Shown in pieces: positions 54,488 to 63,313 of a stretch of DNA of 64,000 bases. The stretch lies in the NCBI GenBank assembly GCA_963676835.2, contig CAXXFF010000002.1:1216001-1280000 (forward strand), given 5' to 3'. Numbering within the stretch: the first letter of the stretch is position 1; each line of letters opens with the position of its first letter. The position numbers were made by a program, and so were the translations under genes. The DNA comes from Marispirochaeta sp. GTDB lineage: Bacteria > Spirochaetota > Spirochaetia > JC444 > Marispirochaetaceae. The notes below the pieces were generated by a model. That model made no database searches, was not told the origin of the DNA, and saw nothing but the letters and a program-made list of their open reading frames with translations.

Positions 54488-55615
54488 ATGAGTAGTTTGC
54501 CCCTGACACAGGTTCACCTGAATCTTTCAAATCTTGATTATAACATCGACCTTTTATCCGGCCTCGCTGGAGGTACGGTTTTGTGGCCCGCCGTAAAGGC
54601 CAATGCCTACGGGCACGGGGCTGTCCCTGTTGCAAGGCGCCTGATTGCAAGCGGGCTTGATACTCTTTGTGTTGCCCATGCTGCCGAAGCCCTGGAACTT
54701 AAAGATGCGGGAATTGAGGCGACCTTTGTTATCCTTTCTCCCGATCTGGGGGGAGCTGCGGAAGAGGTTGTAAAAAACGGTTTTGAGCCGGTTGCGGCGA
54801 CTCCTGTTCAGCTTGCTGCCCTCTCAACGGAAGCTGTAAAGCAGAATCGGACAGTCTCTGTTCACCTTAAAGTTGATACCGGAATGGGGAGAGTTGGCTT
54901 CTCTGCGGAATCTGCCCTTGATGAAGTTAAGAATACTCTGTCCCTGCCGGCCATTTTTGTAGCAAGCGTTATGAGCCACTTCCCCCGGGCGGATGAAGTG
55001 GACAAGGAATATTCCCGAAGTCAGCTGACTCTTTTTAAAAAGCTGGCGGAAGAATTACAACGAATTGGAGTTCCCCGGTTTCATATTTCCAACAGTGCGG
55101 CGATATTTGATCTTCCCGAAGCCCGGTTTGATATCTGCCGGCCCGGCATTTCCATCTACGGCCTGCGGCCTTCCGGTGGCATTCTGAACTCCCGGGTAAG
55201 GGATCTGAAGCCGGTGCTGGAGTGGAAAACCGCCCTTACCCAGATAAAAACCGTTCCTGCAGGAACTGGTTTAAGCTATGGCCATACCTTTATCACCACA
55301 AAAGAATCCAGGATTGCCAGTGTCCCCGTGGGCTATGGCGACGGACTGATGCGGTCTTTAAGCAACCGCATGGACTTTATTGTCCGCGGGGTACGCTGTC
55401 CCCAGGTGGGCACCATCTGTATGGACCAGTGTCTTATTGATGTCAGCGCCCTGGGCAATGCAGTGGAACCCGGCGATGAGGCGGTGATCATCGGAGGGCA
55501 GGGCGGCGAGGTTATCACCGCCGACGACCTGGCTGAATCCCTGGGTACTATAAATTATGAGATCACCACCGCCATCAGTGCCAGGGTTCCGAGGATTCCT
55601 GTCGGGAATAGCTAA
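54488..55615 (+). CDS. alr: Alanine racemase
   Basis: AVKANAYGHG, KVDTGMGR, RPGISIYG, GYGDG and CMDQ. Confidence 0.95.
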   Translation: MSSLPLTQVHLNLSNLDYNIDLLSGLAGGTVLWPAVKANAYGHGAVPVARRLIASGLDTLCVAHAAEALELKDAGIEATFVILSPDLGGAAEEVVKNGFEPVAATPVQLAALSTEAVKQNRTVSVHLKVDTGMGRVGFSAESALDEVKNTLSLPAIFVASVMSHFPRADEVDKEYSRSQLTLFKKLAEELQRIGVPRFHISNSAAIFDLPEARFDICRPGISIYGLRPSGGILNSRVRDLKPVLEWKTALTQIKTVPAGTGLSYGHTFITTKESRIASVPVGYGDGLMRSLSNRMDFIVRGVRCPQVGTICMDQCLIDVSALGNAVEPGDEAVIIGGQGGEVITADDLAESLGTINYEITTAISARVPRIPVGNS

Positions 55616-55908
55616 TCTCCCTGGTTGCGCTTTATCTTCTTTCTGCTTAAGGAGAGACCGCCGAATCCGGAGATGATCGCAATATAGAAGCCGAAATCGT
55701 ACCACCAGCCGGTATTGTTCTGTTCGTAGATACGCACGCCGCCTTTAAAAATGCCGACCATAAGCGACAGCGGTGCCACCCATCCATGCCAGATACCCAT
55801 TAAAAACCCTGCAGGTTTTTCAATTTCGGCGATACCCTCATCGGGAAGGCAGCTTGAAAGGGTAAATAGTACTGCAAGCAGTAAAAGTGCGACAGCAAAT
55901 CGTTTCAT
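55612..55908 (-). CDS. Small membrane lipoprotein, hypothetical
   Basis: Lipobox LSSC; PAGFLMGIWHG...IYE..NTGWWYDFGF. Confidence 0.78.
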   Translation of the reverse strand: MKRFAVALLLLAVLFTLSSCLPDEGIAEIEKPAGFLMGIWHGWVAPLSLMVGIFKGGVRIYEQNNTGWWYDFGFYIAIISGFGGLSLSRKKIKRNQGD

Positions 55909-56639
55909 TTCTTTTTCTCCTTGTCCTCTCTGTTTAAAATGCTCTTATTCACATTGATAGCCTTTAAAATATCGGCGTATTCCTTCAAGGCCGTTTTTCC
56001 CGCCGGATGAAGGCGGTATACGCCCCGGTCTATCCGTTCAAACCAGCCGTAGTGGTTGTCACGCAGGATTGCGCCGGCTTTGCTGCTTCCGCCCAGTTCT
56101 TTGCACCCCGCCGGGGAGAGATCTCCGTTTCTGAAGAGCAGGTCTGCCAGTACCAGGGCCTCTTCCCTGTAGGCTGTTACAACCTTTCCCCTGGTGCCGC
56201 CGGGAGTATGGTCGCCGCTGCGTCCCTTCAGTTCCCGCAAAATCGACTGCCGCCTGCGGTTATTCCGACGGCGCTCATGTTTTCCAGGGTGGCATATAAT
56301 CTCCACCCTGGTGCGGTGTTTCATAAAGCGTACCAGAATCAGCCCCAGTTCGAGGCGTTTTATCAGCTTAAGGTTGTTGCGGATTCCCGCTGGGGGAGAA
56401 CTTCCATCGGTTGGCAGGGCTATATAGACCCCGTCTGCCGCCTCCTGCCGTTCAACTGCCTGGGTAATGAGCTTGAGGGAAAGGGCCTTCTTCAGCTCCA
56501 CTGCTATGAGCTCATCGCCGTTGACCGCAGCAACATCGCAACCTGCAGCTTCTCCCATTACGGTATAACCGAGATTTTCCAGGTATTTTTTTACCGGGGG
56601 GTAGAGATCTGTTTCGCTGAAAGCGGGAGGGTTTTTCAT
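55905..56639 (-). CDS. DUF2161 putative PD-(D/E)xK protein
   Basis: ETDLYPPVK, AVELK, TAYREEAL and NHYGWFER. Confidence 0.88.
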   Translation of the reverse strand: MKNPPAFSETDLYPPVKKYLENLGYTVMGEAAGCDVAAVNGDELIAVELKKALSLKLITQAVERQEAADGVYIALPTDGSSPPAGIRNNLKLIKRLELGLILVRFMKHRTRVEIICHPGKHERRRNNRRRQSILRELKGRSGDHTPGGTRGKVVTAYREEALVLADLLFRNGDLSPAGCKELGGSSKAGAILRDNHYGWFERIDRGVYRLHPAGKTALKEYADILKAINVNKSILNREDKEKKK

Positions 56640-56728
56640 GCCTGCTTGTATTCTACCCGCTTATTCCGGGGAATAAAAGCGGATATGCGGTATACTCAAC
56701 AGGTGAAAGACTCTGAGGAGGGCTTCCG

Positions 56729-57847
56729 ATGAAGCTTCGGATTGCTGTACTGATTTTGAGCTTATTCTCTATATGTATAATACCCCTTGCCGCAGAGAAT
56801 TCCGGATCACCGGTCCCCCTGGGAATTTCATTCCCGCCCCTTGCCAGCCGGGAGCAGCTGGAGCTTACCGGGGAGTACCTGACTGACCTGGGAGTACACT
56901 ATGTCCGCATGTCTCTTGACTGGGATCTCCGGGAGCCGGAAGAAGGGAGATACAGCTGGGGCCCCTTTGATGCTCGTATGGATTTCTTTGCAGACCTTGG
57001 GGTTATTCCCTTTATCACGCTCAACAGCAATGCTCCCGGCTGGATGAGAGATGCTCTGCAGGCTGATAAGAAAAACGATCGCTCCGCTGCTCTGGGAACG
57101 GAGGACAATGAGAAGCTTGCGGAATTTGTCAGAGTGTTTATCCGCCGTTATCAGCAGCGAAATCCCGGCCTTGTCCGCTATCTGCAGTTCGGCAATGAGT
57201 GGCAGGGTGAATGGTGGTATGCCGGCAGCGGACTTGAATACCGGGCAAGCCTGGAGGCGGTATACACTGCCGCAAAAGAGACTGATCCGGACATTACTGT
57301 AGTTCTCGGGGGCTTTGCCTGGGGCTCCGCCGCGGCTCTTGCAGCCTACGACGGCAGGATAGACTCCTACTGGGGCGATAACAACAAGATTGTTACCGGG
57401 GACGAACTCCGCTGTATGGTCTCAATGGAAAACCCGGCGCAGCCCGGAGAATCTCCCCTGGAAAGAGTCGATATTGTTCTTGCAAGTGCCGCCTACGACT
57501 GGGTGGATGTGCATATGTACGATCAGCCGGAGCTGTGGAAGGCTGGATACGATGCTGTAATCTCCCGGCTGCGTGAGGGCTTTAAGGGCAGAATTGTCTC
57601 AACCGAATTCGGCGGGCCTCACCCCTTCCGGGAAAAGCGCCTCAGTGACGAAGAGCATGCACAGCGAACGTCCGCCTATATAGAAGGGGTCCGCAGTCTG
57701 GATCTCGCCATGGCTCTCCATTTCCGCCTTGTTCGCACCGGCCAGCCCCTGCATGCGGATTCAGGGCTGGTTAAAAAGGGTCTCCTTGGATACCGGAAGC
57801 TTCCGGCTTATGACATCTTTAAAGAGGCGGTTCGGGATAATCAGTAA
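56729..57847 (+). CDS. Exported clan GH-A glycoside hydrolase
   Basis: Signal peptide; acid/base FGNEW; DVHMY; nucleophile STEFG. Confidence 0.72.
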   Translation: MKLRIAVLILSLFSICIIPLAAENSGSPVPLGISFPPLASREQLELTGEYLTDLGVHYVRMSLDWDLREPEEGRYSWGPFDARMDFFADLGVIPFITLNSNAPGWMRDALQADKKNDRSAALGTEDNEKLAEFVRVFIRRYQQRNPGLVRYLQFGNEWQGEWWYAGSGLEYRASLEAVYTAAKETDPDITVVLGGFAWGSAAALAAYDGRIDSYWGDNNKIVTGDELRCMVSMENPAQPGESPLERVDIVLASAAYDWVDVHMYDQPELWKAGYDAVISRLREGFKGRIVSTEFGGPHPFREKRLSDEEHAQRTSAYIEGVRSLDLAMALHFRLVRTGQPLHADSGLVKKGLLGYRKLPAYDIFKEAVRDNQ

Positions 57848-57946
57848 CACATTTCCACTCTTCGGGGCTTGTGAAAAACTCTCTTCATCTTCATTTTTTT
57901 CTCAATTTAAGGTATTATAGCTGACTTCTTTTTCAGGCAGGTTTTT

Positions 57947-58735
57947 GTGAAGGATTATTATGCTATTCTCCGCCTCCCCCGTGATGCCTCGACGGATATG
58001 GTCCGCAAAACCTACCGGCGCCTTGCCAAGGAGCTTCATCCGGACTTGAACGACGGTGATAATCCGGAAGAACATTTTATTATTCTCCGGGAAGCCTACG
58101 AGGTCCTCTTCAATGAGGAGACCCGGGCTGAGTACGACCGTGCCTACGATGTCTACTTCGGGGTTGAGGAGTTCAATTACCGTATTTTTCTTAAAAGCCG
58201 CATGTGGGACAAGGAGAGCCAGGCAAAGCTGATCTGTTACGACCTGCTTCACGATCTGGAGTCCGAGGCTCTTGAGGTGTACGAAGAGGCCTTCTCCGGA
58301 GAGATCGAAGAGATCCGGGGATATCTGGAGCGGGAAGACTTTATGGATTACACCTTCATCATAGCAGAAGAGTATATGCAGAAGGATATGCCCGTTAAGG
58401 CTTTTCAGATTCTCCGTACCATTGCAATTGAAGAAGAGAAGAAGCCCTATTTCAAACATTTCTACCCTGAAGTACTGGCCCATCTTAACCGCATTGCCCG
58501 GGGCAAACTTTCTGAGGATGCCGATGATGCTCTGCGTCTGAGCATGATGAAAGAGATGACCGAACTGGAATACCCGGCCAAAGAGCTTGCCAAAATAAAC
58601 AAGACAATTGCCGAAATTTATGTGAAGCGGGGCGACCTCTACATGGCCGCCCGTTATTATCAGGATGCAGCAGATTCGTATGAAAAGCTTCCCGGCATGG
58701 GCCGTCTTAAAAAGAAAGTGGAAGCCTTTTTATAA
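57947..58735 (+). CDS. DnaJ (J-domain) protein with a helical/TPR-like C-terminus
   Basis: DYYAIL...HPD...EAYEVL...RAEYD; GTG start. Confidence 0.88.
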   Translation: MKDYYAILRLPRDASTDMVRKTYRRLAKELHPDLNDGDNPEEHFIILREAYEVLFNEETRAEYDRAYDVYFGVEEFNYRIFLKSRMWDKESQAKLICYDLLHDLESEALEVYEEAFSGEIEEIRGYLEREDFMDYTFIIAEEYMQKDMPVKAFQILRTIAIEEEKKPYFKHFYPEVLAHLNRIARGKLSEDADDALRLSMMKEMTELEYPAKELAKINKTIAEIYVKRGDLYMAARYYQDAADSYEKLPGMGRLKKKVEAFL

Positions 58736-58742
58736 AACCGGA

Positions 58743-59858
58743 TCAGTACTGACTGTAGTAGATATTGCTCCACCCGACGGTATAAGGAAAGGTTGTATAT
58801 TGGGTGCTGCTGCAGATCCCATACCAGTCACTCGAAGCGGGGCTGCTTGCAGACCCATCGCCGTTGGTATCTCCTTTTCTGCTGTCATCCCTGTATGAAG
58901 TAAAAGCGACACCGGTTCCACTGTGATTAATCAGCTGTGAAGTTCCGTCTGCAAAATCAAGCATACTTCCGCTCTCGAATTTGAGTACAACGTTGTCTCC
59001 CAGGGTAAGGCTCGCTCCGGATGTAATCCACCAGTCTACATCATCTATTACATAGGCCACTTCGTCCTCTTCCCAGATAATATCCGATGTTACATGGTCA
59101 ATTGTGTTTACAAATATGCCGTTGTATTCATTGGTCTGACTGGTAATATCAGGCCGATGGAAAGAGTTTGTTCCTGCGAGACTGAACTGGTCGCTGATGG
59201 AGAGGGGAACGGAATTGTTATAAAACAGACAGTTGGTAATACTCGTGCCGGAACCGGCATTACTTGCATCCAGAGCTCCGATTTCATAATACTCGCTGCC
59301 TGTGTTATTGATAAACGAGCAGTGATCAAGGCTGGTGTTGTCGCCGTAAATGTAGAGAGCTGAATAGTAGCTTGAGTCACCGCTGTACAGAAAGTCGGAG
59401 TACTCGAAGCTGCAGTCATCCACACCATCCAGGTAGACAATTCCCCAGTCCTCAACATCCGGACTTGTGGCGGAAGCATCACCATTGGTATCTCCTCCAT
59501 GGATGTCGTCGTAATAGGAGGTAAATACCACGTGGGCTGCGGCTTCCCCCTGCGACACTATTCTGCCGCCGGAGCTGACGGTCAACCAGGGGCCGTTTGC
59601 GGGATGAAATTTGACGATGACATCCGGTTCTATGGTTAAGGTGCATCCTTCTACATCAAAGTTCCAGGTGTTGATGAGGTAGACATTACCGCTCTCCCAG
59701 GTGGTGTCCGTGGAAATATCGTTTTCAACAAGAATTACAGGCCATGGATCTGAGGATGTTCCCGAACCGGAACCGGAATCTCCCGGGGCACAGGATGCCA
59801 TAATCAGTATGACCCCGCTCAGACAGGTAAATACTTTGATACTCTCTATCCACTTCAT
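58743..59858 (-). CDS. Lipoprotein with a parallel beta-helix-like region
   Basis: Lipobox MASC and Gly/Ser linker; duplicated FTSY.DD..GDTNGD.SA.SP...DW motif. Confidence 0.75.
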   Translation of the reverse strand: MKWIESIKVFTCLSGVILIMASCAPGDSGSGSGTSSDPWPVILVENDISTDTTWESGNVYLINTWNFDVEGCTLTIEPDVIVKFHPANGPWLTVSSGGRIVSQGEAAAHVVFTSYYDDIHGGDTNGDASATSPDVEDWGIVYLDGVDDCSFEYSDFLYSGDSSYYSALYIYGDNTSLDHCSFINNTGSEYYEIGALDASNAGSGTSITNCLFYNNSVPLSISDQFSLAGTNSFHRPDITSQTNEYNGIFVNTIDHVTSDIIWEEDEVAYVIDDVDWWITSGASLTLGDNVVLKFESGSMLDFADGTSQLINHSGTGVAFTSYRDDSRKGDTNGDGSASSPASSDWYGICSSTQYTTFPYTVGWSNIYYSQY

Positions 59859-59941
59859 GTATTATTCCTCCGTATTTGATATGCGCAGGAATTTACCACA
59901 TACGAGGTGGTTTCTCAGATTTCGCCATTTTTGCTGCCCCT

Positions 59942-59960
59942 ATTAGCCATCTGGCCAATA
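59942..59960. promoter_or_regulatory. Palindromic operator candidate ATTAGCC-N4-GGCCAAT, copy 1
   Basis: Lies in the divergent intergenic region; extends to CCCTATTAGCCA-TC-TGGCCAATAGGG; recurs at 61527-61545. Confidence 0.55.
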
Positions 59961-60023
59961 GGGAAAACAGAAAAGCGGACTTATAGTGGTCGGGACTATC
60001 TATTCCCAGCAGGAGGTTTTAGT

Positions 60024-60599
60024 ATGACCAAAGTTCAGGAAATTCAAAAAAAATTGTGTATGGAGGAGCAGGGTATGGCATTTACCGATGCCGTCTGGCA
60101 TGAAATTGTCGAGCATCTGGCGGTTTCGTTTAATCTGGATGCAGAGATGCGGGAAAAACTCGAGGCCAAAAACACGGCAAGGTTAATCGGCGCAATTCCT
60201 TTTATCGGCGAGTGTGATCACCCCTTTAAAACGGCGGTTCAGCATGTGGCTATCTACATTCTGTCCATTCAGGAGGGAACCAAGCAGTATTTTCATCATA
60301 CCCAGGCAGATGATGTCAGCCTCGGCAGCCGTCTTCAGCCTATTATGCAGTTCTCCGGGGGAAATCCCGTACTGCTTACCCGGGGAATGAATCTCTTGAT
60401 GTTGCAGATGGTTGCAGGGTATCTTCGTGATGTGGAAAAGGATATGAAGAATACCAAGTACAATCCGGTTGCTGCAGGCGTCTGGAATGCGGAAGAACTC
60501 ATTGAGCGTCTTTCTCAGGAGATAGAGAGTGTACCCCATGTTGAAATGGATTCAATCATGACTGTCGGGGAATCGATTCGAGGTTATTGGTCTTTATGA
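60024..60599 (+). CDS. Hypothetical protein coupled to the LuxR gene
   Basis: AGGAGG RBS; ATGA overlap with the next gene; no family recognised. Confidence 0.72.
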   Translation: MTKVQEIQKKLCMEEQGMAFTDAVWHEIVEHLAVSFNLDAEMREKLEAKNTARLIGAIPFIGECDHPFKTAVQHVAIYILSIQEGTKQYFHHTQADDVSLGSRLQPIMQFSGGNPVLLTRGMNLLMLQMVAGYLRDVEKDMKNTKYNPVAAGVWNAEELIERLSQEIESVPHVEMDSIMTVGESIRGYWSL

Positions 60600-61468
60600 A
60601 ATTACTACAGAGGCGAATAGGTATTCTATTCGCCTCTATTGGTCTTTTTGTATCCATCACAAACTTAATTTCATTAACAATTGTTCATAATTTCATATAT
60701 GCGATAACTGACTACAGAGTTTTTACCCTATTTGGGTGGACGGCTATCTTTACTCTGTCTATTTTTCTTCACCAGACTTTATCAAAGTGGATTCACACAC
60801 TACTTCCCCTCTTCATAGGATCTATAGCTGTATTCGATGATTATGAATCGATTTATGGACTCGGTTTGTTTTTATTAGGGTTGATAATAGCTGTAAAATA
60901 CAAAATGCTGAGTTCTCATACTATATTGAAGTTTACAATCTTTTTAATCTATGTGTTTTCAATGATCATTTTCGCAGCGCAGATAAATGATTCAGAACAT
61001 GCTGTGGTTAAAGGGATTGATGCTATTCTGTACTTACTTCTTATGGGGATTTCTCTCTACTCCATCTACGCGGATGAAATCCGTAAGCATGTTGCCAACT
61101 CCCGGCGCCAGACGGAATATATAAAGCGCCTTAAAAAAGATCAGGAAATTGAAGCCCGGGAAATGGCGGAAAAGATGAACGAGCTGAAGCAGGAAGTTGA
61201 CGGTCTACGCAAGGCTGTTGAGCCTTTTGATCTTTCATCAAGGGATATTACTCCTGCGGAAGAGAGGGTGCTTGAGGCCCTTGTGAAGTACGGAGGAAGT
61301 AACGTGGAATTGTCCGAACGGCTGGGAATTTCCCGTTCCACCGTAAAGGCCCACCTTGCCTCCATTTTTGACAAACTCGGCGTAGACACCCGCTGGGCGG
61401 TTATTGATCTCTGCAGATACAATACCTGGGGCAGAATAAGTGCCGAATCCCATTCCTCTGCAGGTTAA
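60596..61468 (+). CDS. Membrane-anchored LuxR-family regulator
   Basis: About 6 TM helices, coiled coil, C-terminal HTH ITPAEERVL...SNVELSERLGISRSTVKAHLASIFDKLGV. Confidence 0.88.
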   Translation: MKLLQRRIGILFASIGLFVSITNLISLTIVHNFIYAITDYRVFTLFGWTAIFTLSIFLHQTLSKWIHTLLPLFIGSIAVFDDYESIYGLGLFLLGLIIAVKYKMLSSHTILKFTIFLIYVFSMIIFAAQINDSEHAVVKGIDAILYLLLMGISLYSIYADEIRKHVANSRRQTEYIKRLKKDQEIEAREMAEKMNELKQEVDGLRKAVEPFDLSSRDITPAEERVLEALVKYGGSNVELSERLGISRSTVKAHLASIFDKLGVDTRWAVIDLCRYNTWGRISAESHSSAG

Positions 61469-61526
61469 CCTGCGTATTATTTAATAAATTCATAATTGTC
61501 CCACCGGCCAGTTGCGGTATTTTCTG

Positions 61527-61545
61527 TATTGGCCAACAGGCTAAT
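61527..61545. promoter_or_regulatory. Palindromic operator candidate, copy 2 (inverted)
   Basis: Reverse complement ATTAGCCTGTTGGCCAATA versus copy 1 ATTAGCCATCTGGCCAATA: 16 of 19 identical. Confidence 0.55.
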
Positions 61546-61601
61546 TGACGGTTCATGTTTTTGAAAACAGACTGGACAGAAACCAGCCGTGGAGCAAGGA
61601 T

Positions 61602-62141
61602 GTGACACACCTGAACAGACTTTATGTCATTTATGATCATGAGCATGATGATAAATACTGCAGAAAACTTCAATCAGAGCTTACTTCTGTCTGCGTTTCT
61701 GCAGACGCACTTCTTTCTGACACTATCAACAAAGATACCGCCGGGCATCTCAAAGAAATCTTTATGAAGGATATTTCTGTCTCCCTTGTTCTTATAGGCA
61801 GGAATACCTTCGAGTCACCCAGGGTCGATCTCGAACTGTATGCTTCCCTGCTTGATGTGGATGAGATTCCTCCGGCAGGGCTGCTCGGGATTGTTCTGCC
61901 GGATTGTCCCGGATTCAAACACAGTTCAAACTGGTCTGAACAGTTTCTTCCTACCCGTTTTAAAGAAAACTATTTTTCCGGATATGCAGGACTGATCAAC
62001 TGGCCCGAAAATCTTCAGACAATTCTGGACGAGGCGGAACGTGCCCGCGTACGGAAAAGTATCATTTCGCCCCGGAATCAACAGGAACTTTTATGCTCAG
62101 GTTCCGGTATTTCATATAACTCATTTCCGCATTATCTGTAA
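61602..62141 (+). CDS. TIR-like domain protein (MTH538/DUF1863, ThsB-like)
   Basis: SVSLVLIGRNTFESPRVDLELYASL...GLLGIVLP...LPTRFKEN..SGYA..WP; GTG at 61602 follows GGAG; start uncertain. Confidence 0.72.
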   Translation: MTHLNRLYVIYDHEHDDKYCRKLQSELTSVCVSADALLSDTINKDTAGHLKEIFMKDISVSLVLIGRNTFESPRVDLELYASLLDVDEIPPAGLLGIVLPDCPGFKHSSNWSEQFLPTRFKENYFSGYAGLINWPENLQTILDEAERARVRKSIISPRNQQELLCSGSGISYNSFPHYL

Positions 62142-62179
62142 CACAGCAGGAGAGTGGTTTGGCTATTGGAGATATGTAT

Positions 62180-62362
62180 ATGAGTGGTGAGGTTTCCCCT
62201 GTCAAGGCAATTTATATGTGGCACCAGAATGCGGATGGAAGTACTGATCCAGAACCGCAGGAAGAAGAACGATACGTCACCCTGGGAACGGGTGATCTTC
62301 TGCCTGAAGTGTCCAGCAGCAGGCGCCGGGCATTCTGGGTCATGGTGAGGTACTGTCTTTAA
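62180..62362 (+). CDS. Small YjzC-like protein
   Basis: SGEVSPVKAIY...DGST...EEERYVTLGTGDLLP...AFW pattern; GGAG 8 nt upstream of the ATG. Confidence 0.55.
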   Translation: MSGEVSPVKAIYMWHQNADGSTDPEPQEEERYVTLGTGDLLPEVSSSRRRAFWVMVRYCL

Positions 62363-62458
62363 CAGGTGCTCTTCAGATAACCATTCCTTTTGCATGGTAA
62401 AAAGCTGCTTCTATGTGTACATTTGACTGGTGAGATTTCATTCTGTGGAGCAGTGTTT

Positions 62459-63313
62459 ATGATTTCCCTTAACGAGGCATTAGCCTCTTTTACAAATACC
62501 CAATTCCCTTCCGGTCCGGAGTCTGTTCCCCTGGAAGACGCAGCGGGGCGTTTTCTCTATGAAGCTGTAGCGTCCCCTCAGAATGTTTCCGGATTCAACG
62601 GCGGCAAGCCCCAGCTTGAAGCTGGTACCGAGTTCCTGTCCGGGGCGCTCCTCGGGCCTGCCGAGTTAAGTCTGCTGGCGGCAGCGGGGTTTTCCCGGGT
62701 AATGGTCCGCAGTGTCTGTACTGTTGGTATTTATGCTGAAAAGCCCCGGCTCAAAGCAGCCGCCTCTGCGGGTATTCGCAGGGCCGGAGGCTGGACGGAG
62801 AATCTCGATATACAGAAACAAGTGGAGGAAAGCCCTTTTCCTTTTTCACTTTGTACAACAGAATGTTCTTCGGGTTCTGCCTTGGGCGGTGCTTCCATTC
62901 GTGCAGATCTGCCGGCACCCTGGGAGCCTCTGTTTAAGGGCCTCGATCTGAGCCCTGTGGACAATGCCGCCTGTTACCGGCACTCCGACGGCAGGGTAAT
63001 TTTTACCCTGCCCGACAGTGTTCTCGCCTGGCAGGTTTTTGTCGAGCTTATTATCCGTCCGCTGATTTATGCAATGAACGGCGCAGACTACCAGCCTGCT
63101 TTCTTCACAGGAACTGCCGGGGAAGATTTCCCCGAACTGTCCGGCCCGGGCTGTATTCCGGTGGTCAGCACAGACGGGAAGTCTTACCGGGCTGCAGGGC
63201 TTCCGGAAGAGTTTTACAACTGTCTTCCTCCGGATTCTTCTGGCTTTCTGTTTGTTTCTGCCCCGGGCGAAACGGCAAAGGCCGGGGATTTGGTTAAGGT
63301 TATTCCCTGGTAG
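62459..63313 (+). CDS. Degenerate, shortened MoeA-like protein
   Basis: MISLNEAL...ESVPLEDAAGRFL.EAV.SP..V..F N-terminus, LGPAELSLLAAAG and AGDLVKV C-terminus; internal catalytic motifs not recognisable. Confidence 0.6.
   Translation: MISLNEALASFTNTQFPSGPESVPLEDAAGRFLYEAVASPQNVSGFNGGKPQLEAGTEFLSGALLGPAELSLLAAAGFSRVMVRSVCTVGIYAEKPRLKAAASAGIRRAGGWTENLDIQKQVEESPFPFSLCTTECSSGSALGGASIRADLPAPWEPLFKGLDLSPVDNAACYRHSDGRVIFTLPDSVLAWQVFVELIIRPLIYAMNGADYQPAFFTGTAGEDFPELSGPGCIPVVSTDGKSYRAAGLPEEFYNCLPPDSSGFLFVSAPGETAKAGDLVKVIPW

Noticed and set aside
61545..62362. Complete Thoeris defence system
   Set aside because: No ThsA-type effector (SIR2, SLOG, Macro-TM) is adjacent.
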